Source: Podarcis melisellensis (Eukaryota). Taken from it: a stretch of 64,000 nucleotides of DNA. The stretch lies in NCBI GenBank assembly GCA_964234715.1, contig OZ174283.1. One strand, written 5' to 3'. Made by a program: the position numbers and the translations under genes. Every line of letters begins with the position of its first letter. Position 1 is the first letter of the stretch. Positions 39,524-51,557 of this stretch are shown piece by piece. The notes under the pieces are model-generated. The model was not told the DNA's origin. It worked only from the letters and a program-made list of their open reading frames with translations, and ran no database searches.

Positions 39524-40343
39524 GTTTCTTAGCCGCCCTTCCCCATAAGGTCATAGGTTGGGTTCAAACAATTAAAAATACAATATTAATTCAGTGTAAA
39601 TCAAGTTACCATCACAGCTATAGGCTTGGTCCCAAATATATACATATACACAACTTAGGTGTCAAAGACTAGAGTGCAGCAGAGCATCTTCAGCACATGA
39701 CAGAAACTAAACAATGATAGTGTTAAATGCACCTCTCTGAGGCACTGGAGAAGCTGCATGGCCCGGAACGGGGGGCAGATAGCAGGCAGGGGCGTGACTG
39801 GCACACATCCTGGGGGCGTGGCACGTTGCCCGGGGGCATCACACGCATCCCGAGGGCATTGTGCCTGGTGCAGTGGGGGGTGCGCAGCACATGTCTGGGG
39901 GGGTGGCTGCGATGGTTGGTCCCCCCCCCCATTCCTCTGCCAGCACTCTGAGGTGGAAATATTATAATTTAGAAGCTGCCATAGATAATGCCTTCTCCTG
40001 GACTGCCACCCCCTAAACATTTGAGGTTGTGAAACTACCAAGAGGGTCCCCTCTGCTGATTTTAGCAATCAAAAGTTTATAGGGAAAGAGACACTCTTTC
40101 AAATATTTGTGGCAAGAGTCATATAAGGTTTTAAACACTAATTTTAACACCTTGAATTAGGCCCAGAAATGAACTGGCATGCAGTGCAGCTGTTTTAAAA
40201 CAGTGTTTATGAGAGTTATGAATTAAACCCCAGCCAGTAACCTGGCTACCGCATTTTCGATCAGTTGAAGTTTCTGAGTCATCTTCAAGGGCAGCTCCAT
40301 GTAGAATGCATTACAATAATCCAGCCTGGAAGCTACCAGAGCA
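39524..40343 (-). mobile_element. Old L2-clade LINE 3' fragment with a nested GC-rich insertion
   Basis: ACCTTGAATT.GGCCCAGAA, GCATTTT, GTCATCTTCAAGGGCAGC, ATTACAATAATCCAGCCTGGA (antisense of LDYCN) typical of L2. Confidence 0.65.
39743..39945. mobile_element. GC-rich 203-bp insertion, probable hAT-type MITE
   Basis: Perfect 8-bp direct repeat CTCTGAGG at 39735-39742 and 39946-39953; weak inverted ends. Confidence 0.65.
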
Positions 40344-40932
40344 CATTGGAGCCACTTACTGTAATATACAGTTACTGGCTTACACTTCCATGTGTGAAAG
40401 AGTTAACCTGAGCCCACAGCTCAGGTTGCCTCTCAGCAGCACCTGTTCCCATCCCTCGTTTCACTCTCCTTTCTCTTCATGCTTCCTGAAAGAAGGAACC
40501 ATGAGTCTCCCTGCAAGTGAAGTGAATCTCTCCAAAAGTGAGATTTTACAGCCTGCCTCTTTGCTAAACCAAAGATTGCATGATCCTTTTTGTAAGGAAA
40601 TCAAGTACATTTGTTTTGAAGTTGTTTGAAGCCTTTGTTCATCTTTGTTTTACTGCCAACAGATGGGTACTTGTTTGCTGTAACAGATTTCTGGAAAATC
40701 TGTGAGTAAAACATTCACTTATTTGCAAAGCTAAGTGTCTGTGATTTATTTTAGCCTAAGTATTTTCATTGGGAACATTTATTTAAAGCTAAATGAGGAT
40801 AGATGCAAAATCCAACCAAGTTTAAATGTGCCCAGAGCAATCGCCACTGTGCCTAACTCTGCTACAAGAAAGCAAGAAATCTCTCTTCCCAGCCTCTCTC
40901 TCCAACACCACTGACATTTTAAAAACAACTTA

Positions 40933-41512
40933 CCATATTTTTCACCCTATAAGTCACACCGGCCCATAGGGCGCACTTATTTGGGGGGGGAATAAAGGGA
41001 GGGAATTATTTTTTTCCCCGAGCCCCAAAGAGCAAAGAAGCCATGACAGCGAGTGGGATGGATCCCGCTAGCTGTCCTGGCTCTGTTTTTAGCCTGGGGC
41101 TGGGGGTCCGGGAGCGAAGGCGAGGTTGCGTTCAACCTCGCCATCGCTCCCGGAGCTTGCTTGTGGGGTTGGGGGCGGAGGAAGCCCGAGCTCCCCCCAA
41201 CCCCAGCCCCCAGAACAGGCTGTTGCTCGCAAGGCTTGCAGACATCTGCGCGAAGCACGGGGCGCGCTCCAGAGTGCACCCCGTGCTTTGGGCTGCAGGC
41301 TGCTGCCCACGAGCCCGGCGGGATCTCCCGTTGGGCTCCCAAGGCTTGCGGATAGCTTCCTGAAGCCTGGAGAGGGAGAGGGGTCAGTGCGCACCGACGC
41401 CTCTCGCTCTCCAGGCTTCAGAGAAAGACTGCATTCGCCCCATAGGACGCCCACACATTTCCCCTTCATTTTTGGAGGGGAAAAATTGCGTCCTATAGGG
41501 TGAAAAATACGG
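40933..41512. mobile_element. Tc1/mariner (Tc2/pogo-like) non-autonomous element, 580 bp
   Basis: TIRs CCATATTTTTCACCCTATA / TATAGGGTGAAAAATACGG, TA on both sides; CpG-rich interior. Confidence 0.88.
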
Positions 41513-41771
41513 TAGATCTGTTGTGTGGGGAAGTTTTGGGCCTCCAGATATTGCTGAACTACAACTCCCATTATCCCTGATAATTGGCCATGTTTTCTAG
41601 GGCCTATGAGAATCATAGTCTAGCAATATCAGGATTGGAACTATTTTTTCTTGTTTTGTGGAACTGTCTGCCCCAGCCAACTCCTAGCTTACTGGATTTT
41701 GATCCAGCATTGATTTGTCCTTGTAAAATACCGCAGTCTCTGCTTATTACTGCTTCCTAATATTCTCTGTA

Positions 41772-42120
41772 GGGACGCGGGTGGTGCTGTGGGTTAAACC
41801 ACAGAGCCTAGGACTTGCCGATCAGAAAGTCAGCGGTTCGAATCCCCGTGACAGGGTGAGCTCCCATTGCTTGGTCCCTGCTCCTACCAACTTAGCAGTT
41901 TGAAAGCACGTCAAAGTGCAAGTAGATAAATAGGCACTGCTCCGGGGGGGAGGTAAACCCTGTTTCTGTGTGCTGCTCTGGTTCGCAAGAAGTGGCTTAT
42001 TCGTGCAGGCCACATGACCCGGAAGCTGTACGCCAGCTCCCTCAGCCAATAAAGCGAGATGAGCACCGCAACCCCAGAGTCGGTCTGACTGGACCTAATG
42101 GTCAGGGGTCCCTTTACCTT
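41772..42120 (+). mobile_element. Sauria SINE, full length
   Basis: GGGACGCGGGTGG head, GGTTCGAATCC B-box, CTTTACCTT tail; perfect TSD TAATATTCTCTGTA (41758-41771, 42121-42134). Confidence 0.97.
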
Positions 42121-42379
42121 TAATATTCTCTGTAGGCAAATAGATTTCACATGTGACATCTCTACTGTCTCTAAGAAAAAAGGTATCCTGGTAAACCTGT
42201 CTGCAAATTCCATTGAAAGGGGAAAGGGAAGCAAAACTAAATTTGGGGAGGGAGAGGGAATTCTTTATTAAGGGTGATGACCAGCTCTTAAAGGGTTTCT
42301 ATACTAAACCATTATTTAAACAAACTGAAACATTCTTTAAAATCTAGCTAATTTCAGTGGCAGAGATTCAATAATTCAA

Positions 42380-43403
42380 TTGGGTATCGAGAACCCGTGA
42401 CTACCCTGTTCCTAGGGTGCAAATAACTAGACAACACATGGCATATTGGTTGTGGGATCAAATAAGACCACAACTTTATTGGCTACATATGTGAGGTTTG
42501 GCCATAGGCATTGTTGTAACTGGCACAGTGAGAGAGAAGCCGAAAGGTCCCACAGGCCAGGCACTTAAAGTTCCCCTGGGCTGCAAGGGCTGCAATTGGT
42601 CCGTTTGGTTTGCGCCCAGGGAAATGCCCCCTAACTCCTGCTGCCATTGGCCCATTTGGTGGCACGAAAACAATCCAGCCTGCAATAGGTTGGTTTACCA
42701 GGGTGGCCTGGGGCCCACCCACGAAGCCACCTGCCTGATAAGGGGGTGAATAGACTTAACTCTCAAATTAAAATGAATGGGATTTAAACATTCCTGAAAC
42801 TTAATGAATTGTGCCCACTTCCGGAACAGCGCGCTCAGCATTGGGTCAGAGTTTGAGTTCTGAGACAGACTCGGCACCTGGAGAGGCGAAGCAGGAGCAA
42901 CAGGAGACGTAAATTGCCCCTACTTGGGTGGATTTCCCAGGAGCAGAGGCTCAGCAGCGCAAAAAAAGGGGTTTCCCCACACTAGAACTGGACTTTAAGA
43001 CGCTTTAAAAAAGAAGAAATTTAGGGGAGAACCTCTACGCAAAGGAGCTACACGGCCCTCTGGTGCCTTCGCCTCCAGACCCCATGAGCTAGCTCTGGAC
43101 TCTCCAGTAAGATATTGACACAAATTCAAGGAGCGCCCCCCCCCCAATTTATACAGTGAGAAAGGGGTTGTCTAAGCCCCAACAATACATTAGAAACAAA
43201 AAAAGGGGGGAACGAACAAACAGATAAAATTAAGAAGTTGCGAGTGGATGCTAAGAGGGGGTCATCCCTCACAACAGAAATTAACGCTGCAGAATCAGCA
43301 GTGCGGTAGAGATCTTGAGGGGCTTCTCTGATAAGGGGGTGAATAGACCTAACTCTAAAATTAAAATGAATGGGATTTAAACATTCCTGAAACTTAATGA
43401 ATT
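42380..43403 (-). mobile_element. Putative Ngaro/DIRS-type retroelement remnant with a 76-bp direct repeat
   Basis: Minus-strand AATAAAGTTGTGGTC...TGTC...TTATTT end as in 17256-18005; direct repeat 42735-42810 / 43328-43403 (2 mismatches). Confidence 0.5.
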
Positions 43404-43462
43404 ATTCCCTGTGGAGGCAACCATATTTTACCCTAATGACGTACCTGGGAATTATGCTACAT

Positions 43463-44060
43463 CAGAGCTGCAGAACATTTCCTAAGTCCAAGGGCCACAT
43501 TCACATCCATGCAGGGCTGACCCATCCATGAGTTAAGGTGAGATAACTGCCTCAGGTGACAGAATCTTCAGGGGCAGCCGATCCCAATGTACATCTTTGT
43601 TTCCTCTTGTTCCTGATACAGTATAGATTTCCCCTCACCCCTTCTTACCTGACAAGGAGGGAGACACCACTTTGGGGTCTGCCTCAAGTGCCAAACTATA
43701 TTGGGCTGACCCTGCTTCTGGGCAACCTTTTGTGGGCTGGATACCAATAGTGGAAGAGGTCAGAATCAAAAGTGGACAGAGCAACAAATGTACATTTTAC
43801 CTTTCTCCGTAGACTAGTTTCTACACACAGCCCTATGTAGCCCTCTCCTCTGTCCATACAAGCAAAAGGCTATGCTGGAGTTCAAGGATGCATTTCACCC
43901 AGGCAAACCCACTCAAGGAGGATGCAAATCAGGGCCAGTAAACAGTGTGACCTGGAGAGAGGAGGCGTGGCATGAAGGGTTCCAAGGGCCAGAATAAAAG
44001 ACCTGGAGGGCCGCATTCACACACACCCCTCTCCCCACCACCTGAGGTTCCTCACCCCTG
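43463..44060. mobile_element. hAT (Charlie-like) element containing a nested Tip100-like MITE at 43512-43714
   Basis: Right end GGTTCCTCACCCCTG; nested unit CAGGGCTGACCC...GGGCTGACCCTG is homologous (inverted) to 60091-60816. Confidence 0.6.
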
Positions 44061-44954
44061 TGTGACACCATGGGACAATTTTGTTCCCATGGTGTGTTCT
44101 GTCCCAAAGTTGAATGGGATGCCACCATGAAACCAAGACCTGAAACAGCAACAAAACATTTTTCCCCCTGGGAAAAACATCCACCACTTCCTCTTCTTTT
44201 AAGACACATCCACCCTCTGTCTGACAGTTCTGAGACGCATATGCACACAGAGATTAGTAATCCATATTTCGGCAGCATTTTCTACCCATTCTCCAAAATG
44301 CCCCCAAACACTGGGGAAAACAAAATGAGCGCAAAATCTTTCACAAAAGTGTGTTGGGCTCATGGGGTTGGGTAGACATGTTAAAGGCATCATTGCTCTA
44401 TCAAGTAATGCATTTCCCATGTTCGTATATGTCAGGCTTTTTTAAAAGTCTTTTGTGTGATTTATCTCTCTGTCACCTTTTTCTTATCACTGTTCTTTCG
44501 CTATTCTTGAAACAAGAATGAAAGGATAAAGGAGAAGAGAGGCAGCTAAAGAAAAGGAAAGAGAAAGAGGCAGAAAGACGGCTGCGAAGAAAAGTTTTGT
44601 CCCATTAAAAAAAACACACGAAATATCTCATTCAGCCGTCGCTCTGTCACCATTATCACTTGTATAATGACTGGCATGTTACCATCTTCATTCAGGAGTG
44701 TTTTTAAAAATCATGCTGCACTGTCAGGAAATAGAGCCTTGTTAAGTCAGGCATGTTAACACTTGCATTGCTGATGCGTTGCCACCGCTTTATAAAATAC
44801 GGTATAAATTGTTCATTTCCCGCTCCCCACAAGCTGTTCCCAGTTAAGAACAAGTATTATATCCTTGCTGGGTTGTGTCAGACATATCAGGGAACAGGTA
44901 CAGTGGGCACAAGAGTTTTAACTGTGCAAATGCAGCCCTGGCCACTGCAGAGAC

Positions 44955-45045
44955 CAGGCCTAAAACCAGGTTGAAATGGATCTAGATCAACCATCTCCTC
45001 CAGAAACCCCTGGAACTGACATCCCACCACACGCTCAAGTAACTT
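44955..45045 (-). mobile_element. L2 RT fragment
   Basis: KLLERVVGCQFQGFLEEMVDLDPFQPGFRPG matches the L2 LDPFQSGFRPG motif. Confidence 0.8.
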
Positions 45046-45149
45046 AGTGCCTGGCCTGAGGTCACCTAGCAAGCTTTGTGACTGAATCGGGATTCGAACC
45101 CTGGTCTCCCAGGTCCTAGTCCGACACTCTAACCACTACACAACACTGG
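45046..45149 (-). mobile_element. tRNA-derived SINE head (Squam2/MIR-like)
   Basis: Reverse complement CCAGTGTTGTGTAGTGGTTAGAGTGTCGGACTAGGACCTGGGAGACCAGGGTTCGAATCCC with A and B boxes. Confidence 0.75.
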
Positions 45150-47940
45150 TACCTGGAGATCTGGATTTGTGACTAAATCCCAACTCAAAATAGCAAGCCT
45201 GGGAGATTCCTTTGAAAAGTGCTTGGCCCTTCTAGCATATCACAACATTTCCCCCTCATAGTCTGACCTACCCATCAAACAAGAAGGCGCCAATGGGACT
45301 ATAGAATTGGAGGAAAGGATTAAACCCCCTCACCATCTGCTGCAGTCCCAGTCCTCAGAGACAGGCACAGCAGCAGAAGACAACACAGCCGAACACCGGC
45401 CAGGGGCCCAACACTGTCTCCTCACCATTGTCCCTTCCCCAGCCATGACGTCATTTCCTGTGTCTGTACTTTGGTGAGAGTCATTTTCCCTCTCTCCACT
45501 GACTATGAGGAGTCCTGCCCACCCACTTTTCTACCAACAGTGGACTTAAATAGGGTGAAGGGCAAGAGGACAAGAGAGAGAATCTGAAGCCACCCATTGC
45601 CTGTTGTGATGTGTTTCCTTTCGCAAAGGCTCCAATATTATTGGTGCCACCATAGAACAGGTTCTGCTGGTCCCACCTCCTCATGAACTTCAGATGGGAC
45701 TCATATGGAAGTACAACTGATGTTCAGCTATGTTTCTTGTACCATATGGAAAAATGTTCATTTAATATGTGCCACCCTAATATATAATTTCCATTTATAT
45801 TTATGCTTTCTGAATGATAAGACCCAACACTCGGTAAGCAGAGGAAAACTAATACAGAGAAGTGTTCGTTTCGCACTTTATTGAATTGGAATATTAATCA
45901 TTGTTATCCAATTAGTGAAACTGTTTAACATATTATTCTGCTTTCTTAAAGCATATTTACAGTCACTACTGCTAAATATACTTTGTGAGGTAAGGAACAA
46001 ACATTGCTGTTTTTAAAATTAGATTGTCAATTACTATGAATCAATATGAAAATTAGAAAGTCTCTTTCCTCGGCCAATCCAAAGGTTTTGACCAGTGTTT
46101 CACTCGCCGACCAACCTTTCAAATTGGATTTTGCCTAAATTGGATCTATTAAATTGAATTCTAAGGCAATTCAAAAAGACTGCGAGCTTAATTGGTTTAA
46201 GATGAGTCATTTTCACTTTAGTTACTTAAAGCAAAAGCATTTCTTAAAGGAAACGGTAAATGCCCAGCAGTCATTTTGCCTTATCAGTGTAGAATATCAT
46301 AACTAACTTTAATAAATAGTCTATGTAAGTTGGCAGTAACAACAAACTAAGCACTGTTGGTCATTGGAGGGGTTCTAGCTACTTAATAGTTGGTTGCTAT
46401 GTTTTCGTTGGTTTGTTTTTACTGAATTCAATGGGAAGTTAAGTATGCATATATTTCCATCAATTTGTCTGAAGTATCCTTTCCCATTGTGTTTTCTTCC
46501 ACCTGTTTTGGACCACAGTCAACATGAGCCTCAACCTGCATGGCCATGTTGCATGGGGCTGATGGAAGTTGTAGTCTAAAAGAGCAGAAAGCCAGCAGGA
46601 TGGAAAAGGCTGCTCTACTTGGAGATGAAATGCTAACACAGAGTCAATGCAATTCATCATATCATTTCCATCTGCTCCACATCCCTTCCTGAGGACCATC
46701 TATGCCGCCAAGAGGACACCAAGATAGCAAGGTGCTTTTCCTCACCTCCTTGGAAGTCTAAAAATCCTGCTGAATACATGAAGCAGCAAATGTTAAGAGG
46801 TAAGATTCCATGACCAGATTCTTTCCTCCTCTTCAATCCGCTGGTTGTAGGCTCCAGGAGGACGTCTTAAATTAGGGATGCCATCTGGACAACATGGGTC
46901 ACAGTTCAGTAGCGGGAGGCAGGTGGCATTGCATCTGCTCCCAGTAATTATCCAAATTTATCTCCCAGCTGGGAAGCAGAATCCTAATAATTATAGTGTA
47001 TTAATAGCCAGACTACTTAATGGGCTATGGTAGGACTCAACAGATGAAAGGCAAATTAGATATTAGTTCAGTAAATGTTGCTATGTATAGTTGTGGCTGC
47101 TTACGACAATGAAAATCATAATGTGGAATTAAACTTGAATGTTTGCAATCACTGGTTGCACCAAAATTTGGCTGATGTTGCACATTCCACTGCCCATCCA
47201 GTTGAAGGTAATGCAGTGCAGATAGACAATATTCACATATGATTTATGTCCACTGTTTCTGATACACCAAATGATACATATGTGGATGCTTTCTGATCCA
47301 TCAAATGATATACAGTATGTGGTCCTTTTATTTATTAGTATCAGTATTAGTATCTTATGGAATTGACAATATTTAAACCCTTATACAATTTCCCAGCAGT
47401 TGTATTGTGAAGCTAGAAACTAAAGGCATTCACGGGTAAGATCACAACCTGGCACAGTTGACATCTAACTTGCAGACACCAAGCAGGGCAGTGTGGCTGT
47501 GCTTGGCTTTAGGTGACTATGTGTATAGAAATTCAAGTCCTCAAAGGATCTGGACCAGAGGTGATGGAGCACAGGGACAAAAGGGTCAATATGGGGGATC
47601 CAGAAACTGCAAAGTATAGGGTCTAAATGGAGAAATCATTCCTAAATCAAATACATCTGGGAACAAGAGGATGTTAGGTATGGATGGGGGGACAAAAGTC
47701 ACATGACCTCAAAATAATTTACCCATAGAGAAAACATTCCTCAAAAAGGCTGATTGGTCAAGTGGTCTCCTCATGAAGTTAGCAGCAATCAACAAGCATT
47801 TCAGCAGGAGTAAGGATTTAGTAGTTAAGCTATTCTGTGCATGGGCAGGTGGCATCCGTAGTTCCTGCAGGTTCACAGCAATCCAGAGATTCAGTGAGAT
47901 CAAGGAGTTTATTATTAAATAATGTTTGTATGTCCATCTA

Positions 47941-48160
47941 CAGTGGTACCTCCTGTTAAGAACTTAATTCGTTCTGGAGGTCCGGTCTTAAGCTGAAACC
48001 TTAGCTAATGGGGCCTCCTGCTGCTGCCGCGTCACCACCGCGCAATTTCTGCTCTCATCCTGAAGCAAAGTTCTTAACCCGAGGTACTATTTCTGGGTTA
48101 GCGGAGTCTGTAACCTGAAGCGTCTGTAACCTGAAGCATCTGTAACCCGAGGTACCACTG
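47941..48160 (-). mobile_element. Tc1/mariner-type MITE, ~240 bp family, small internal deletion
   Basis: CAGTGGTACCTC / GAGGTACCACTG, TA flanks. Confidence 0.92.
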
Positions 48161-49659
48161 TACAAAGCAGCTAACTTTGGGAACTAACTGGCTGCACATA
48201 CACAGGATCTCATTTTCATAGTACTGCTGAGCTTTACAATCTGCATTCTAAACCAGATAATTACAAACTTCAGCGACTTCACTAATAAAAATGAAAAATG
48301 GCCTCTTTATGGTCCTACCTCCGAAAGGATGGTGGCCTCCCGTATTTTTGCTCTTTGTTTTATAACAAATGTTCGGATCTGTTTTTCCAATGTGAAATAG
48401 AAAAGCTCAGGTGTTTCAGTGCTTTCTCAGGTGTAACAGGGGTGCCAGGAAATTCAGTTGTTTGTGTAGCCCTCTAAGCCATTCATCTCCTGGAAGCAAG
48501 CAGATCTGGAGCTTGTAAGGAAATGCTTTATTGCTTTTGCCGCTGTAGCCTAAATGTGAAGACATCACTGCTCCCTCAAGCTTAAAGCAAATCCTTTAGC
48601 TACACACATGCTTTGTGCAAATTATGCCCAGAACATTACAGCAAGAAAGTAGTGGAGCTTGAATTCAACAATGTAAACATGTTTTATTCCATATGATTTA
48701 TATACCAGTGAATTTTCTCTCATCTCTCTCTCTTTACATCAGAACAAAAATCTGAATTGCCGTACTACAAACTAATGCATAAGGTCTCATTCTCATCATG
48801 TTGTCATGACAATATGAAAAAGCCAAAGGCATATGGAGGATAAATACTGTCAACGCAAAATTCCACATAGCTGTGGCCATGGCATTTCAAAGATAAACAT
48901 TTGAAAAAATAATATGACTGGCTGCAGTTGTGTAACTGAAACACAACTGACTAGGCAAGCAGACAGTACTCTAATGAACAATATCATTAGAACATGTTTT
49001 AATTTAGAATTGCCCTAGTGGAAAATGGGCCCCAATTTCACCTAAAATGAATTTCCAAAGTGAATTTGAGTCAGGATCACTACTTGGGGCAAAATAGCTA
49101 AGGATTTTCCAAGGAAATAAGCAGAGCTTCAATAAGACCAGCAAAAATTATTGTGGGATTCTGCATATCCCTATATGGAACTCCCCAACTCTTTTTAAAC
49201 AAGCGCCTTGAATATCTTGTGGCTCTTGTGAGCACTGGATATTCTTTTGGGAATTTGGAGCTGAGTAAGAAATTCTCCATGCATTGGCAAACTTGAGAAG
49301 ATTTGGAACTACATTCAACGTAGAATTTCCATCAAAGTAAACTTTTGAGGTAGATTTGAGGAAGTTCAGGGGAAGTTTGGATACGGTGAGCAACCTTCCT
49401 CAAGGGGTTCCATACACTCTTAACTCTATGGACTTCATTTCTAATCATTGCTTTCTTCTTTGAGTAAAAATACTACCTGAGACCTGAGCCATTACCCCAA
49501 GCCACATGCCATTAGAGATGTCTTTATAGACATTACCCTGCTTTGACCAATAGGCATAGCCACATAGAAAACACCAAGAGAACCAACTGCTATACTTTAT
49601 GTTCTTCTTATATTGGGGTTTTGAGGCACCATATCATATCATTGATATGGTGCCTCCAC

Positions 49660-50130
49660 TGATTGATTGATTGATTGATTGATTGATCGATCGATCAATC
49701 TCCTTTATTGGCATAGAAAAAGTGCATTGTATACATGGACACAACACAGTTAACAAAACATAGTGGAGATACTTTTGGATAAAACTGTCCACACATTATG
49801 AGGTATGAAAATAGCTCTTAAGACCTATGGTGACATAATTTCATGGCATCACTCAAAAATCTTGCCACAACCTTCACAACGTCATTCCTACAATTGTTCA
49901 GCAGATAAGGCAACCTGGAAGTGTCAGTGCGATAAATCTCCTCCTTCATTTAGGGGGCCAAATACTTGAAGTATTTGTAGTGTAGTGAGGCACCACATGA
50001 CAAGCATTTGTGGGTGTTAGACCACTCTGCTTCCAAGTTGTACCATAGGCAATCTGCACCAATGTAACTTCCAAATTTCTTTTTTTGTACTAGGCAGTGT
50101 CTGCAATTTTTTACATATGTCTTATCTTCC
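49660..50130 (-). mobile_element. LINE 3' end, possibly RTE-X-like, with (AATC)n tail
   Basis: Minus-strand frame ...KCLSCGASLH...YLAP*MKEEIYRTDTSRLPYLLNNCRNDVVKVVARFLSDAMKL, short UTR, GCCAATAAAGG, then tetranucleotide tail. Confidence 0.5.
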
Positions 50131-50795
50131 ATTGTATAATAGAATGTGCAATGCCTTATTTTCCACTACATCCCTGTCTTTTCTGGAAAAGAATTCCCCA
50201 TGTCCAAGCTTAAATTCACTTTCTGCACTTTGGGATGCTGAATGTCTAAGTGCTGGAGAGGGGAAGGAGATTTGAAAGGTCTATTTTGGCCAAAATGAGG
50301 CCCAGAGCAACAGGAAGTGCCTGTCAACATCACATTCAAAGTCACTCCAAGTCAGTGAGTTATGGTGACAGGATAACCGATTTGTGACAATGGGCCACAA
50401 GTTATTCATTAAGAATTGCAGGCATCTTTTCAATTGTCCACTCTGTCAAGTGGTGTTTTTTTTCATTTGAGCAGATGGTGAGTCTTCAAGCTGCTCATTG
50501 TAAACTAAAAATAAACACTGCCCTGGGACTCCAGAAGCTCTCAACATAACCTTTAAGAATCTGACTGACTGAGCCGTTACAAAGACAATTAAATATTTAC
50601 AATATTGCATTTGTGTAAACACACTTAAGGTTTAATAAACTGTACACTGAGCATGAAGAAACAAGCAGAGCATACAGAAATCCAGCTCACCTTGCCTTTC
50701 TGATCATCCCAGCTCAACGATCTCAATTTTTCATTGTGTCTATTGGATCCAATGCTTCCAGCTAAAAACTGGGACAAAAAGTAATTTATATATAC

Positions 50796-50851
50796 AGTTT
50801 TACTATATACCTATATAGTCAGAGTTTTACTATATACCTATATAGTCAGAG
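50796..50851. repeat. 27-bp perfect tandem duplication
   Basis: AGTTTTACTATATACCTATATAGTCAG twice. Confidence 0.95.
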
Positions 50852-50907
50852 AAACGCATCTGGTTATTTTAGAAGCCCTATTTGGGCATTATTACCTCCA
50901 TGTGAGT

Positions 50908-51274
50908 GGGATGCGGGTGGCGAGTGGGACGCGGGTGGCGCTGTGGGTTAAACCACAGAGCCTAGGACTTGCCGATCAGAAGGTCGGCAGTTCGAATCCC
51001 CGCAACGGAGTGAGCGCCCGTTGCTCGGTCCCTGCTCCTGCCAACCTAGCAGTTCGAAAGCACGTCAAAGTGCAAGTAGATAAATAGGTACCGCTCTGGC
51101 GGGAAGGTAAAAGCTGTTTCCGTGTGCTGCTCTGGTTCACCAGAAGCGGCTTAGTCATGCTGGCCACATAACCCGGAAGCTGTACGCCGGCTTCCTCGGC
51201 CAATAAAGCGAGATGAGCGCCGCAACCCCAGAGTCAGTCACGACTGGACCTAATGGTCAGGGGTCCCTTTACCT
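50908..51274 (+). mobile_element. Sauria SINE, full length, duplicated 5' head
   Basis: TSD TTACCTCCATGTGA (50892-50905, 51269-51282); GAGTGGGAYGCGGGTGGC twice. Confidence 0.97.
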
Positions 51275-51557
51275 CCATGTGACTAAGATGATGTGGAGAA
51301 AGAGCTTCCCCTACCCTAGCTGCTACATCCCCTACCAGTCCTGTCCACATACTGTCCATGCATTGGGACTTGTCTGCAAAAGGGAAGCCTGTTGAACAAG
51401 TGTAGACTCTCCATATAATTTGAACCCAGTGCATGCTGCTAGCTATGGGGCTGTTGGGCAGCCAGTTTTCTTCCTCTCGGGATGTTCTGCCAGAGCAGCT
51501 CTATCATTTTCTACAGGGTCATGAAAATTAAGGAATTGCTCTCCCACAAATAGGAGA

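Noticed and set aside
40977-41616. Overlapping ORFs or a host CpG-island promoter
   Set aside because: The GC-rich core is bounded by TIRs and TA duplications, so it is transposon interior
45445-45460. CRE palindrome with an adjacent ETS core (ATGACGTCATTTCCTG)
   Set aside because: Adjacent sequence resembles 3909-3975 in reverse, so it is probably part of a dispersed repeat; a single motif is weak evidence
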